Below the pieces are notes generated by a model. It had not been told where the DNA came from. It saw nothing but the letters and a program-made list of their open reading frames with translations, and made no database searches. Shown here in pieces: positions 44,119 through 53,953 of a stretch of 64,000 nt of DNA. Every line of letters begins with the position of its first letter. Position 1 is the first letter of the stretch. This stretch comes from a virus. Location: positions 1-64,000 of the IMG/VR virus record IMGVR_UViG_3300032315_001604. One strand, given 5' to 3'. The translations under genes and the position numbers were made by a program.

Positions 44119-44511
44119 ATGGCTGAATATAAAAATTTTATAATGACAAAAGAATTTTTGGATAATAATCCAAAAGCTATTTTTGTATTTGGAGATAATA
44201 CAATTCGTCAAGGTTATGGTGGAGCAGCAATACTAAGAGATCATCCACAATCTTATGGTTTTATTACAAAAAAATATCCTGATAACAAAGACGAATCTTT
44301 TTATCAGCCTAAAGAGTATGCAATTGTTTTTTTTGATGAACTTGTAAAATTGAGAGAAAAAATTCAAGACGATCCATTTAAAATGTTTTACATATCTCAA
44401 TTAGGTGGTGGTTTAGCAAACAAATATAACATTTGGGAAAAGGTTATTAAAAGTGGTTTGGAAAAAAATTTGCAAGAGTTTCCAAATGTGGTATTCTTGT
44501 GGGGGAAATAA
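44119..44511 (+). CDS. Macro-domain-like protein
   Basis: IFVFGDN...GYGGAA...LGGGLA. Confidence 0.45.
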   Translation: MAEYKNFIMTKEFLDNNPKAIFVFGDNTIRQGYGGAAILRDHPQSYGFITKKYPDNKDESFYQPKEYAIVFFDELVKLREKIQDDPFKMFYISQLGGGLANKYNIWEKVIKSGLEKNLQEFPNVVFLWGK

Positions 44512-44512
44512 A

Positions 44513-44737
44513 ATGATTTACGGATTTAATATAACCGAAGAATATGCTTTAAGTTTTGGTCTTTTTTATAAAGTTCGAAATTTTAAAGATGGCATTACAT
44601 TTTTTGAATTTTTGCTTAATTTAAATCTTTATAAAGCAGATCACAATCCACAGATTCGATTAAATTTGGTTATATTTAATTTTACTATTTTTGACATTAC
44701 GTTATATAACGTAAGGCACTATGACTCTTATCTGTGA
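44513..44737 (+). CDS. Hypothetical protein
   Basis: ORF packing. Confidence 0.45.
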   Translation: MIYGFNITEEYALSFGLFYKVRNFKDGITFFEFLLNLNLYKADHNPQIRLNLVIFNFTIFDITLYNVRHYDSYL

Positions 44738-45809
44738 TAAACCATCTGTTGATGATGGGTTTGGTATATACGAACATGACTTTTGTGGTATACCTGCTTA
44801 TTTGATTATTCCTGCTATTGATGCAAAATGGAATAAAAATAATTTAAACTACAGATCCTTAATTATAAGCAAAGAGAATTCCGAAGTTCTTTCTAGTGGC
44901 TGGCCTAAATTTTTTAATTGTGGCGAAAAACCAGATTGCTATCCAGATCCAAACAAATATGATGATTGGAACATACAAGAAAAACTTGATGGTTCTTTAT
45001 TGATTGCAGATTATGTTAATGGAAAATTTAATATGCGAACTCGCGGAACAGCTTCGTATATAACCCAAAACAATTTTTCTGATTTTGAGCTTTTAAAGGA
45101 TTATCATTCAGACATTGTTTCTTTTTTAGAAGAAAATAGTCATCTGTCTTTGCTTTTAGAAATTATTACTCCAAATAATATTATTGTTATTAGAACGCCA
45201 ATGGTTCAATTTTATTTGCTTGGTGCAATCGATAAAACGACTTTAAACCCTTTGCCTTTAAAAAAAGTTGAAGAAATTTCTCAAGAATTAAAAATTCCTA
45301 CTCCTGAAGTATTTTCTTTTGAAAATTTAGAAGAAACTATTAAAACAGTCAAAGAGTGGAAAGGAAAAGAGGGTATTGTTATTTCATATAACGACAATCA
45401 AAATCGAATTAAAATTAAATCAGATTGGTATTGTTGGATTCATAAAATTAAATCTAAATTAAATTCCGAATCAAACTTAATTGAATTTTATGTAAACGAA
45501 GGTCTTCCATCATATAAAAAATTTTATGATATTATAAAAAACAATTTTGATTGGGAACTTGCCGAACAAATGACAAATGAAATTTCTAAAATGGTAGATT
45601 GTGGAAAAAAAGTCAAAAAAATTATTAAAGGAATGGATAGGTTTATTGATACAATTAAACACTATCCTACAAGAAAAAAACAAGCTCAACAAATAATGTC
45701 TTCGTATGGCAGCAATCAAAATAATACGTCAGGAATGCTTTTTAATTTATTAGATGGTAAAAATTTAACCAAAGAACAACTGATCAAACTAATGCATCAA
45801 AATTTATGA
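44721..45809 (+). CDS. T4 Rnl1-like RNA ligase
   Basis: KFFN, EKLDGSL, TRG, LEII, EGIVI, RIKIKS. Confidence 0.85.
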   Translation: MTLICDKPSVDDGFGIYEHDFCGIPAYLIIPAIDAKWNKNNLNYRSLIISKENSEVLSSGWPKFFNCGEKPDCYPDPNKYDDWNIQEKLDGSLLIADYVNGKFNMRTRGTASYITQNNFSDFELLKDYHSDIVSFLEENSHLSLLLEIITPNNIIVIRTPMVQFYLLGAIDKTTLNPLPLKKVEEISQELKIPTPEVFSFENLEETIKTVKEWKGKEGIVISYNDNQNRIKIKSDWYCWIHKIKSKLNSESNLIEFYVNEGLPSYKKFYDIIKNNFDWELAEQMTNEISKMVDCGKKVKKIIKGMDRFIDTIKHYPTRKKQAQQIMSSYGSNQNNTSGMLFNLLDGKNLTKEQLIKLMHQNL

Positions 45810-46066
45810 AAAGAAAACAAATAGAAGAATATATTGAACTATATAATCCAGAACTAGAAATACTTTTAGCAGACGGTTTTGATGAAGCATTTTTAGGTAT
45901 TGGTCAACAATTTAACAATTTTTTTGCAATTTATGATCGATTTAAATGTGTTGAAATTTTAGCTAAAGATATGACTTTGGAAGATGCCGAAGAATATTTT
46001 GATTTTAATGTTGTCGGTGCTTATGTCGGGGAAAACACACCAGTTTTTGTTGACATTATTCGATAA
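45806..46066 (+). CDS. Conserved phage hypothetical protein
   Basis: ADGFDEAFLG...EYFDFNVVGAYVGENTP. Confidence 0.6.
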   Translation: MKRKQIEEYIELYNPELEILLADGFDEAFLGIGQQFNNFFAIYDRFKCVEILAKDMTLEDAEEYFDFNVVGAYVGENTPVFVDIIR

Positions 46067-46084
46067 ATCCTATAGAATGGTTTT

Positions 46085-46513
46085 ATGAATGTTTTAAAAA
46101 TTAAGTTTTTATCCGAATCTGCAACGTGTCCATCAAGAGCAAATATAACTGATGCAGGGTTGGATTTGTGTGCAGCAGAAGATATGACTATTTTGGCTCA
46201 AAATAGGGGTATGATCAAGACTGATTTGGCTTTTGAAATTCCTGAAGGTTATTATGGTAGAGTTGCTCCAAGATCAGGTCTGGCTCTAAAAAACGGTATT
46301 GATGTTTTTGCAGGTGTTGTTGATAGTTCTTATAGAGGACCAGTTAATGTTATTTTATACAATAGCGATAAAGCTGATTTTCATGTATCAAAAGGAGACA
46401 GAATTGCTCAAATCATCATCGAAAAACATTATAATTTTTCTCTTGAAATTGTTGATGTTTTAAGTGATACTACTAGAGGATCTGGCGGTTTTGGATCTAC
46501 TGGAATGCAATGA
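46085..46513 (+). CDS. dut: Trimeric dUTPase
   Basis: DAGLDL, RSG, GVVDSSYRG, RIAQ, RGSGGFGSTG. Confidence 0.95.
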   Translation: MNVLKIKFLSESATCPSRANITDAGLDLCAAEDMTILAQNRGMIKTDLAFEIPEGYYGRVAPRSGLALKNGIDVFAGVVDSSYRGPVNVILYNSDKADFHVSKGDRIAQIIIEKHYNFSLEIVDVLSDTTRGSGGFGSTGMQ

Positions 46514-47007
46514 ATATTTTTGTTTTAGATGAACATCCTGTAATTGCAGCACAATATAACTGCGATAAACATGTTGTTAAAATGGTTTTAGAATTATTTC
46601 AACAACTTGGTTCTGCTGTCATTAGACATGGTGCAAAACCAGAAAAAATGCCTTTGACTTCAAAAGGTACTCCATTAAAGGGCGGATATCACAATCATCC
46701 TTGCACTCGTTGGTGTGGCGATTCTCGTATTAATTTTATGTGGGCATCATCTCATGCTATTGCACTTTGTAAAGAATATACAGCACGATATGGTAAAAAA
46801 CATTCATGCGAAAATGGCATTAATCAATTAGCAAATATGCAATATATGATTCCAGATGGTTCTTTAACACCATTTGCTCTTGCTATGCCCGATCAACACA
46901 AATCTCATGATGCTGTAACAGCTTATCGAAATTATTACCTTAGTGATAAAAAATCATTTGCGACTTGGAATAAACTTAACAATACTCCTTTTTGGTGGAA
47001 ATTATGA
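46510..47007 (+). CDS. Pyrimidine-dimer DNA glycosylase (DenV-like family) protein
   Basis: MNIFVLD...CDKHVVKM...HNHPCTRW...AYRNYY. Confidence 0.7.
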   Translation: MNIFVLDEHPVIAAQYNCDKHVVKMVLELFQQLGSAVIRHGAKPEKMPLTSKGTPLKGGYHNHPCTRWCGDSRINFMWASSHAIALCKEYTARYGKKHSCENGINQLANMQYMIPDGSLTPFALAMPDQHKSHDAVTAYRNYYLSDKKSFATWNKLNNTPFWWKL

Positions 47008-47588
47008 ACAAAAACATTGCTAAACTAATTGCCGATGTTTCTAAAAAATGCATCGAAAATAAAATTAATTTTAGATTAGAATATGCGGAACAAGTTGATG
47101 TTAATAATATACCTTGTAGTGGATATTTTGATGAAGAAAGTTTAGTTGTCGCTGTAAAAAAGAAAAAGATCGAAGATTGGTTGGATATTTTAGTACACGA
47201 ATCTTGTCATTTGGATCAATGTATTAAAAAATCAAAATATTGGTATCCTGATGATGTTGGATTGTTTGTTGTTGAAGGATATCTTAAAGGAAAAAAATAT
47301 AGTCAAAAAAAGATTTATAATGCTTTTATAAACACAATCAATATGGAAATGGATTGTGAAAAGAGAACTATTCAAAAAATTAAAAAATATAAATTGGATA
47401 TTAATATTGATCTTTATATACAAAAAGCTAACTCTTATTTGTTTGGATATGGTGCAGTATTTAAAGATAAATTTTGGCCAAAAGCCCCATACGAAAATCC
47501 TAAAATATATCTAAAAATGCCTAAAATTTTCTTGACAGCAGAAGAATATTTTGATGTGCCTGACAAATATTTAAAATTATATAAATAG
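47004..47588 (+). CDS. HExxH-containing hypothetical protein
   Basis: LVHESCH...MEMDCE. Confidence 0.55.
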   Translation: MNKNIAKLIADVSKKCIENKINFRLEYAEQVDVNNIPCSGYFDEESLVVAVKKKKIEDWLDILVHESCHLDQCIKKSKYWYPDDVGLFVVEGYLKGKKYSQKKIYNAFINTINMEMDCEKRTIQKIKKYKLDINIDLYIQKANSYLFGYGAVFKDKFWPKAPYENPKIYLKMPKIFLTAEEYFDVPDKYLKLYK

Positions 47589-47592
47589 ATGT

Positions 47593-47832
47593 ATGAAAAA
47601 GATAATCCGTCCATCAGAAAACGAAGAAGCCGTTTATTATTCTGATTTTAACGGAAAACTATTAAATGATGTTCCACCAGTTGAAATTAGTATTGACTTT
47701 AATTATGGTTCAAAGTATGATGGATGTAAGCTAGAAATTCATCTTGGTGATGGGGAATTTGATGAAATTTTGGCATTTTTAAAAACAAAATTATCATCTG
47801 ACTTTAAACATAATTATGAGCAGTTTAAATAG
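47593..47832 (+). CDS. Hypothetical protein
   Basis: ORF packing. Confidence 0.5.
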   Translation: MKKIIRPSENEEAVYYSDFNGKLLNDVPPVEISIDFNYGSKYDGCKLEIHLGDGEFDEILAFLKTKLSSDFKHNYEQFK

Positions 47833-48403
47833 AGACACCGTTTTAGTTTTAAATAAAAATTGGCAAGCTATTAACATTAGTACACCAGCAGATGCATTAT
47901 CTATGATGTATGCTAATACTGCTACTGGCTTGGACATTCGCGGTAAAGACGATATGGTTCCTCTGACATGGAAAGAATGGATAAATCTTTCTTGTTCTGA
48001 TCAAGATTCTTTTGTTAAAACCATTCAAGGAAAAGTAAAAATTCCAAAAATTATTATTTTGTGTCGTTATGATAAAGTTCCTAAAAAACGTCCCAAAATT
48101 ACCCGAAGGGGTATTTGGATTAGAGATCAAGGAATTTGCCAGTATACAGGTAAAAAAATTAATCCAAACGAAGGAAATATCGATCACGTTATTCCTAAAA
48201 GTCGCGGAGGTGCTACGGATTGGACTAATTGCGTACTAGCACATAAAAAAGTAAATGCTAAAAAAGCTGATAGAACACCAGAAGAAGCAGGATTAAAATT
48301 AATTCGACAACCTTCTGTTCCAAAAGAATTACCAGTTTCTTTTTATCTTACAAACAAATACAACATTCAAGAATGGGAATTGTTTTTGAATTCTAAATCA
48401 TGA
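47816..48403 (+). CDS. HNH endonuclease (McrA-like)
   Basis: VLVLN, IWIRDQGICQY, IDHVIPKSRGG, NxKK.DRTP. Confidence 0.85.
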   Translation: MSSLNRDTVLVLNKNWQAINISTPADALSMMYANTATGLDIRGKDDMVPLTWKEWINLSCSDQDSFVKTIQGKVKIPKIIILCRYDKVPKKRPKITRRGIWIRDQGICQYTGKKINPNEGNIDHVIPKSRGGATDWTNCVLAHKKVNAKKADRTPEEAGLKLIRQPSVPKELPVSFYLTNKYNIQEWELFLNSKS

Positions 48404-48807
48404 GAGAGTCTTGGCAAAAACACGCTATGGAACTTGCAAAAGTTGCCATGTTAAGATCCGAAGACCCACATAAAAAAGTTGGTGCATGTATTCTTGGACA
48501 TAATAATGAAGTTTTAGCTGTTGCTTATAATGGTTTAGCAAGTGGTGTAAACGTTCACAATACTTTCTGGAAAGACAGAGATGAACGTAGACCTTTTATG
48601 ATTCACGCTGAAACAAATTGTTTGGCAAGAATTCGTCAAGGTGAAGGGAAATTAATAGCTTGTACTTTGTTACCTTGCTCTAATTGTGCAATTAATATTG
48701 TGGCTCATGGAATTAAAGAAGTGTTCTTTAATGAAATGTACAGCAGAGACTATAAGGCTGTAGAGATTTTTAGTTTTTATGGCGTTAAGTGCCATCAACT
48801 TGATTAA
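48400..48807 (+). CDS. dCMP deaminase-family protein
   Basis: KVGA, HAE, PCSNC. Confidence 0.8.
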   Translation: MRESWQKHAMELAKVAMLRSEDPHKKVGACILGHNNEVLAVAYNGLASGVNVHNTFWKDRDERRPFMIHAETNCLARIRQGEGKLIACTLLPCSNCAINIVAHGIKEVFFNEMYSRDYKAVEIFSFYGVKCHQLD

Positions 48808-49706
48808 AGTTCGTATGCGCCTTTTGCCAATCTGTAATCGATTGGTTCAGACATAGAATATTCTTTGACTGCTTTTTCTATACTTTCTTTGACAGTTGGA
48901 AGTCCTAACCCCATACTTTCAATTTTATCAGTGTTTAAAATACAATTACTTCTACCAACTTTAAATTTGGCATCAGGAATAGAAACAAAATTCCACTTTG
49001 GATTTTCTAATCCATGAGACTTTAAAATTTCAACAACTTCTTTGGCTTCAATACTACCTTTATTCGTAACATTATAAATTCCTAAAAGTCTATTCTTTTC
49101 AATGAACTTGTAAACAAAATTTACAAGATCATCAACATTAGTAATAGAATTTTGTTGACTAATTAAATTATCATAGTTTAAAATTTTCCAAAGATAATTT
49201 TTAGATTCAGAAACGCCATTAAAAGGTATACGAATTCTAAAGATATATCTTTCGAAATGCTCACTTAACTTTTCAAAAGCATCTTTAGTTTTAGAATAAA
49301 AAGAACTAAAATTACTATCTGCTCCGAAATTTGGAAGATCATCTTCGGTATATTGTTGTGAATAACCATCATAAATGCAACCAGATCCAATGTGAATAAT
49401 TGGAATTCTGAGACGGTTGGCGACTTTAGTAATATATAAAGGTACTGTTACGTTATAATGATAACAATTTTCTTTGTCGGTTTCACATGCTTCAACATTA
49501 GGTCTACCAGTATAACCAGAACAATTTATAATCCAATCGAAATGTGCTTTTGGATAGTTCGATTCTCTGTGTAAAAAATTTACAAATGTATCAGGATCTT
49601 CATAATTCAAATCAGATTTACTAATATGAACAATGTTATGCTTTTCATTAGCCTTTGCTAAATAGTTTCCAATATAACCTTTTCCGAGTATTAATATTTT
49701 CATCAT
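48804..49706 (-). CDS. NDP-sugar epimerase/reductase (RmlD-like SDR)
   Basis: GKGYIG, GRPNVEACE, GCIY, FYSKTK. Confidence 0.85.
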   Translation of the reverse strand: MMKILILGKGYIGNYLAKANEKHNIVHISKSDLNYEDPDTFVNFLHRESNYPKAHFDWIINCSGYTGRPNVEACETDKENCYHYNVTVPLYITKVANRLRIPIIHIGSGCIYDGYSQQYTEDDLPNFGADSNFSSFYSKTKDAFEKLSEHFERYIFRIRIPFNGVSESKNYLWKILNYDNLISQQNSITNVDDLVNFVYKFIEKNRLLGIYNVTNKGSIEAKEVVEILKSHGLENPKWNFVSIPDAKFKVGRSNCILNTDKIESMGLGLPTVKESIEKAVKEYSMSEPIDYRLAKGAYEL

Positions 49707-50092
49707 TTTATATATTCTGCATTAAAAGTTTTTCCACTCCATTCCCTAGCGGAATGAGATTTTTGAGCAATGTCTGATATATTATCTTTGTAAGATCTAA
49801 TTCTAAAAGATCCTTCTGCGTCATATGTCCAGAGTTGATTTTTACCTGATGGATACATATATGCTGTCATAGCATGACCTCTAAGTTTTCCGTTTTTATC
49901 ATACCAACTATATCTAAAAACTTCTGACCATATATTATATTTTTTTAAAGATTGTTTAAATATTATAGCTGTGGGTAAACAAGAATTTATTTCTTTTTCC
50001 ATCCAAAATTCAGGATTTTGTGGTGTATTAACACAAGCTACGCTTAAAAAACAAACTATTAATAAATAGTATTTTTTTATTTGATAGGACAT
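49703..50092 (-). CDS. Putative lipoprotein
   Basis: FLSVA-C lipobox-like. Confidence 0.45.
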   Translation of the reverse strand: MSYQIKKYYLLIVCFLSVACVNTPQNPEFWMEKEINSCLPTAIIFKQSLKKYNIWSEVFRYSWYDKNGKLRGHAMTAYMYPSGKNQLWTYDAEGSFRIRSYKDNISDIAQKSHSAREWSGKTFNAEYIK

Positions 50093-52059
50093 GCACCACC
50101 TTCACATTCCAAACCTTGAATAGCATCTTCTCCTATATCAGAAGATTTCATCGTTTGAATTGGTTTAACTTTAGCTTTATTTTTTTCGTATGTTTCACCA
50201 TTAATTTCTTCGTATGGTGCTTGTTTGAATCCGTGATTTTGTCTCAACAAAAAGCTTACAGATTTAATTGAATTTTGATAATTTTCTTCTAACCATTTTT
50301 TAAGCTCTGGAAGTTCTTCTTCCGAGTAATATGCGGTAACACTAACCGCATTATCTGACCAAATAGTTTGAAGTTTTTTGACTGTTTCGAGTTGTTTGAT
50401 AACTCCCATATCTGCTGCAAAAATTGCACCATCTGGAGTTTCGCATGGAAACTCAATAACAACGGTATCATGATTTTCGGATCCATCGAAATTGATTACA
50501 TATTCAGTATGATAACCATTATCTCTGCAATATTGAACCAATGGATCATTACTAGCCATACGCACACGACGAATATAGTATTTTGAATAAGCGGGATGGA
50601 TTCCTGGTGTAGCACCACCAAGTAGACTTAATGTTCCACTAGGCTTAATTGTTGTAAGTTTAATACTACGAGGCCAACCTTTTTGTTTGCTCCATTCTTT
50701 ATCAAATTTGCGTAGTTCTTTGTAACAATCGTCTAACCAATCAACTTTATCAAGTGATTGACAAACACCAGTTACTCCAAGACCAAGACGCATGTTCTTA
50801 TGAACAATTTTATTTGTTTCATCATGAATGAATGGAAGTGCAGCAATTGCTTTTTGGGTTTTATAAAGCAATTTAGCACAATCAATTAATTCTTCTTTGT
50901 TTGTAACATTATTCAGATAAAGTTCTGAAAGATTACAACACTCATATGAAGCAAGACTGATTTCACCACAAGGATTTGTACCAACTACATTGTCTTCATC
51001 GGTTGGATAAAGACTAGAATCCTTCATTGGACCGTCTTTAATTCTTCCATATTTCTGAGAAAGAGGAAGGTTAAAGAAACCATAAGGTTCGCCTTTCGCA
51101 AAACCAGTTTCTTTATCTGTTGTATAACCATTTTGCCAGATCTCGTTTGAAATGTGGGAAAAGTCATCAGCATAAATCGTGTTGTTAGACATTGCTCTCC
51201 AGTTAGGAATATTTCCCAATGACCAATTTTTTGCGCGTAAAAAGAGATAATCATCAGGATCTCCTATAGCGATTTGAGCAGAACGACGAACATTACCAGA
51301 AACAACAATACTTCCAATGATATTACAAATATCTAATACATCAATAGAACGAAGTTTTTTACCTTCTCTTGTTTGGAAGATTTTTGCAATTTTATCAATA
51401 CCTTCTATTAATATTCCTGCTCCACTAGCTTGTCCACCAAAACCTCGAATCTTTTCACCTGCACCGCGAACAAGAATTGTAGAATAATTAAAAGATTTTC
51501 CAGATACATAAAAAGCATGAAGAACACGATCTAGCAATTCGATCCAACCTTCACGACTATCGGGAATAATAAATTTTGCATCTTTTGTATATTCGTGTGT
51601 AATCGTTACACCTTTTTTAATTTTAGGAAGTTCGTGAATATCTTCTCTACGAATAGAAAAACCGACACCGCCGCCAAGCATTAAATTTTCAAACAAAAAT
51701 AAAAATGCTTTTGGTTCGTTCATAGATACGTTCCAGCAATTCAATAAAGAATTTGCTCCAAAACGCTCAACTGTGTTTGTTCCTAATTGCCAAAGCATTC
51801 TTCCTGCATAATTGCAGCGCAAATTAAAAATATGATCGAAAAGTCTTTCTGCTTCTTCTTGTGTATAATCTGCTCCTAATTTTTGTGCGCCGTTAATACA
51901 ACGTTGAATCGTTTCATGCCATTCTTCTTTTTGACCATCTTCTTTTAAACGAGCATATGTTCTTTTATAAACAATATAACCTAATCCGTTAAATCCCCAG
52001 TTTGTTTTTTTATTCGAATATTGTTTAGTAAATTCATCTGAAATAATATTTGTGCTCAT
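50077..52059 (-). CDS. nrdJ: Class II (AdoCbl-dependent) ribonucleotide reductase
   Basis: YKRTYAR, LLNC, GNVRRSA, TNPCGEI, TTIKPSGT, C-terminal CEGGACP. Confidence 0.92.
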   Translation of the reverse strand: MSTNIISDEFTKQYSNKKTNWGFNGLGYIVYKRTYARLKEDGQKEEWHETIQRCINGAQKLGADYTQEEAERLFDHIFNLRCNYAGRMLWQLGTNTVERFGANSLLNCWNVSMNEPKAFLFLFENLMLGGGVGFSIRREDIHELPKIKKGVTITHEYTKDAKFIIPDSREGWIELLDRVLHAFYVSGKSFNYSTILVRGAGEKIRGFGGQASGAGILIEGIDKIAKIFQTREGKKLRSIDVLDICNIIGSIVVSGNVRRSAQIAIGDPDDYLFLRAKNWSLGNIPNWRAMSNNTIYADDFSHISNEIWQNGYTTDKETGFAKGEPYGFFNLPLSQKYGRIKDGPMKDSSLYPTDEDNVVGTNPCGEISLASYECCNLSELYLNNVTNKEELIDCAKLLYKTQKAIAALPFIHDETNKIVHKNMRLGLGVTGVCQSLDKVDWLDDCYKELRKFDKEWSKQKGWPRSIKLTTIKPSGTLSLLGGATPGIHPAYSKYYIRRVRMASNDPLVQYCRDNGYHTEYVINFDGSENHDTVVIEFPCETPDGAIFAADMGVIKQLETVKKLQTIWSDNAVSVTAYYSEEELPELKKWLEENYQNSIKSVSFLLRQNHGFKQAPYEEINGETYEKNKAKVKPIQTMKSSDIGEDAIQGLECEGGACPIK

Positions 52060-52096
52060 GTTTTATATTTAAAGGAAATTGACAATAATCAATATA

Positions 52097-52483
52097 TCAT
52101 TTTTTATTTTTTTTGTAAATCTTTTTTTTAGTTTTTTTCTTCAAAATATTCTTTTGAAGTTCTGCTTTATATAATTTGATTGCTAGATATTTTAAAAATC
52201 TTGTAATATCCAGCAAAGATAAATTGTTAATAAGTCGAGATTCTGTATATAAAACTTGAGTTTCTGACCAATCGGGATACAGATAATGAACACATTCATG
52301 ATATGCTGTTCGAAGCATATCTTTACGATGATCAATTTCTAAAACATCTTTTTCGTAATCACACCAACCATAATAGTATCCTCCCAATCTTTTAAAGATA
52401 AAAAAACTAGGCGGCTTTCTGCGAACTAAATTTAGACATTTTTCATGTATCTGATTTAGCTGATACTTTTTGAGTTTTTTCAC
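52097..52483 (-). CDS. Hypothetical protein (HECVH)
   Basis: HExxH motif. Confidence 0.5.
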   Translation of the reverse strand: MKKLKKYQLNQIHEKCLNLVRRKPPSFFIFKRLGGYYYGWCDYEKDVLEIDHRKDMLRTAYHECVHYLYPDWSETQVLYTESRLINNLSLLDITRFLKYLAIKLYKAELQKNILKKKTKKKIYKKNKK

Positions 52484-52498
52484 AATAATATTTAGCCA

Positions 52499-52687
52499 TT
52501 ATTTTAAGTTTGTAGATTGTTGATGTGTAATGCCATGAAATAACGATATAATAATATAAACTGATAACCAATTATTAAAATTATAGGCTATTTCTAGAGA
52601 AAATAGATTATTTAAGCTCCACATTAAAAGAAGTGGAGCAAAAGCTATGTATAAAAGCAAAATGACTAGATAAATTATTATTTTCAT
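52499..52687 (-). CDS. Small membrane protein
   Basis: Two hydrophobic segments. Confidence 0.5.
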   Translation of the reverse strand: MKIIIYLVILLLYIAFAPLLLMWSLNNLFSLEIAYNFNNWLSVYIIISLFHGITHQQSTNLK

Positions 52688-52765
52688 AAGATATCATCTT
52701 AAAATATTTTTTTGAAAAATCAATTTTTATTTGCTTTTATTAGTGTTTAAGGTTAGTATGAGCAT

Positions 52766-53953
52766 ATGCTTTTTTCTAAAAATTTAAATGCAGTATCCGT
52801 TTCAAAAAAAGTTGATTATTATAGATTAGAAATGGGCAATGAGTTTCCTATAAAAAGATATATTACAGAAATGTATGGATATGCTCCATGTAGTTATAGC
52901 ATTGAAACCGATTTCAATTGTAATATTTTAGATTTTTTAACTCAAAATGGCGAATTAATAAACTTTTTAGCATATGGAAAATATGAAAATATTTTAGAGG
53001 GAAATGTTGAAAAATTAAAAAATGGCTTTTTCTTATTTAAATATAAAGACGTTTTTATAAAAATATCTTTAAAAAACTTTTCAAGTAATTTGTTCGATAA
53101 TGACGATATTGAAATTTCAATAGAAAGTAACAAAGAAGAAAAAAAAACATTCGCTTTATGTTTTTATGGTCCTGCTAATATTAAAGAATATCCTTTAAAA
53201 GATTTTGAATCTTTTATTATAAAAGATAAACAAAATACTAAAGTTCATCTTTTTATTAAAAATCAATATGGCGATTATGATTTTGAACCACTTTCAATTA
53301 ACTTGCCAACCAATTTAGATTTGGAATTGAATTACGGTAAAGACTTTTTAGATGTTGATAAAAAAATCAAAGATCGTCTCGCAGAAAAACCAAATGGTTT
53401 ATTCATGTTTCATGGATTGCCAGGTACAGGAAAAACGACATATATCAAATATTTGGCATCACAAGTAAAAAGAGACTTTATCTATATTCCGACATCAATG
53501 ATTGAGTTTTTTACATCGGATCCTAACTGTCTTCATACCTTAATACAAAAACCAAATTCTGTTATTATTTTGGAAGATGCTGAAAAAGCAATTCTTAAAA
53601 GATTGGGTGATGGCATGGATTCTTCCGCAGTATCATCACTTTTAAATCTATCAGATGGTATTTTAAGTGATATATTAAAAACTTCTGTTATTGTGACTTA
53701 TAATTGTCCAAAACAAGATGTTGATGATGCATTAAAAAGAAAAGGTAGATTACAAATAGATTATGAATTTTCTGCACTATCAGTCGAAAATTCTAAAAAA
53801 TTAGCTAAACATTTAAAGTATCCAAAAAAACTTATTGAAGAAAAAATAGCAAAACCTTTAACCCTAAACGAGATTTATAACTTAGAAAAGGATGTAGAGT
53901 TTTATAATGAAACAAAAAAACAAGAGCCAAAAAGAATCGGGTTTGGAGCTTAA
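52766..53953 (+). CDS. AAA+ ATPase
   Basis: GLPGTGKT, ILEDAE, LLNLSDG, RKGR. Confidence 0.9.
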   Translation: MLFSKNLNAVSVSKKVDYYRLEMGNEFPIKRYITEMYGYAPCSYSIETDFNCNILDFLTQNGELINFLAYGKYENILEGNVEKLKNGFFLFKYKDVFIKISLKNFSSNLFDNDDIEISIESNKEEKKTFALCFYGPANIKEYPLKDFESFIIKDKQNTKVHLFIKNQYGDYDFEPLSINLPTNLDLELNYGKDFLDVDKKIKDRLAEKPNGLFMFHGLPGTGKTTYIKYLASQVKRDFIYIPTSMIEFFTSDPNCLHTLIQKPNSVIILEDAEKAILKRLGDGMDSSAVSSLLNLSDGILSDILKTSVIVTYNCPKQDVDDALKRKGRLQIDYEFSALSVENSKKLAKHLKYPKKLIEEKIAKPLTLNEIYNLEKDVEFYNETKKQEPKRIGFGA

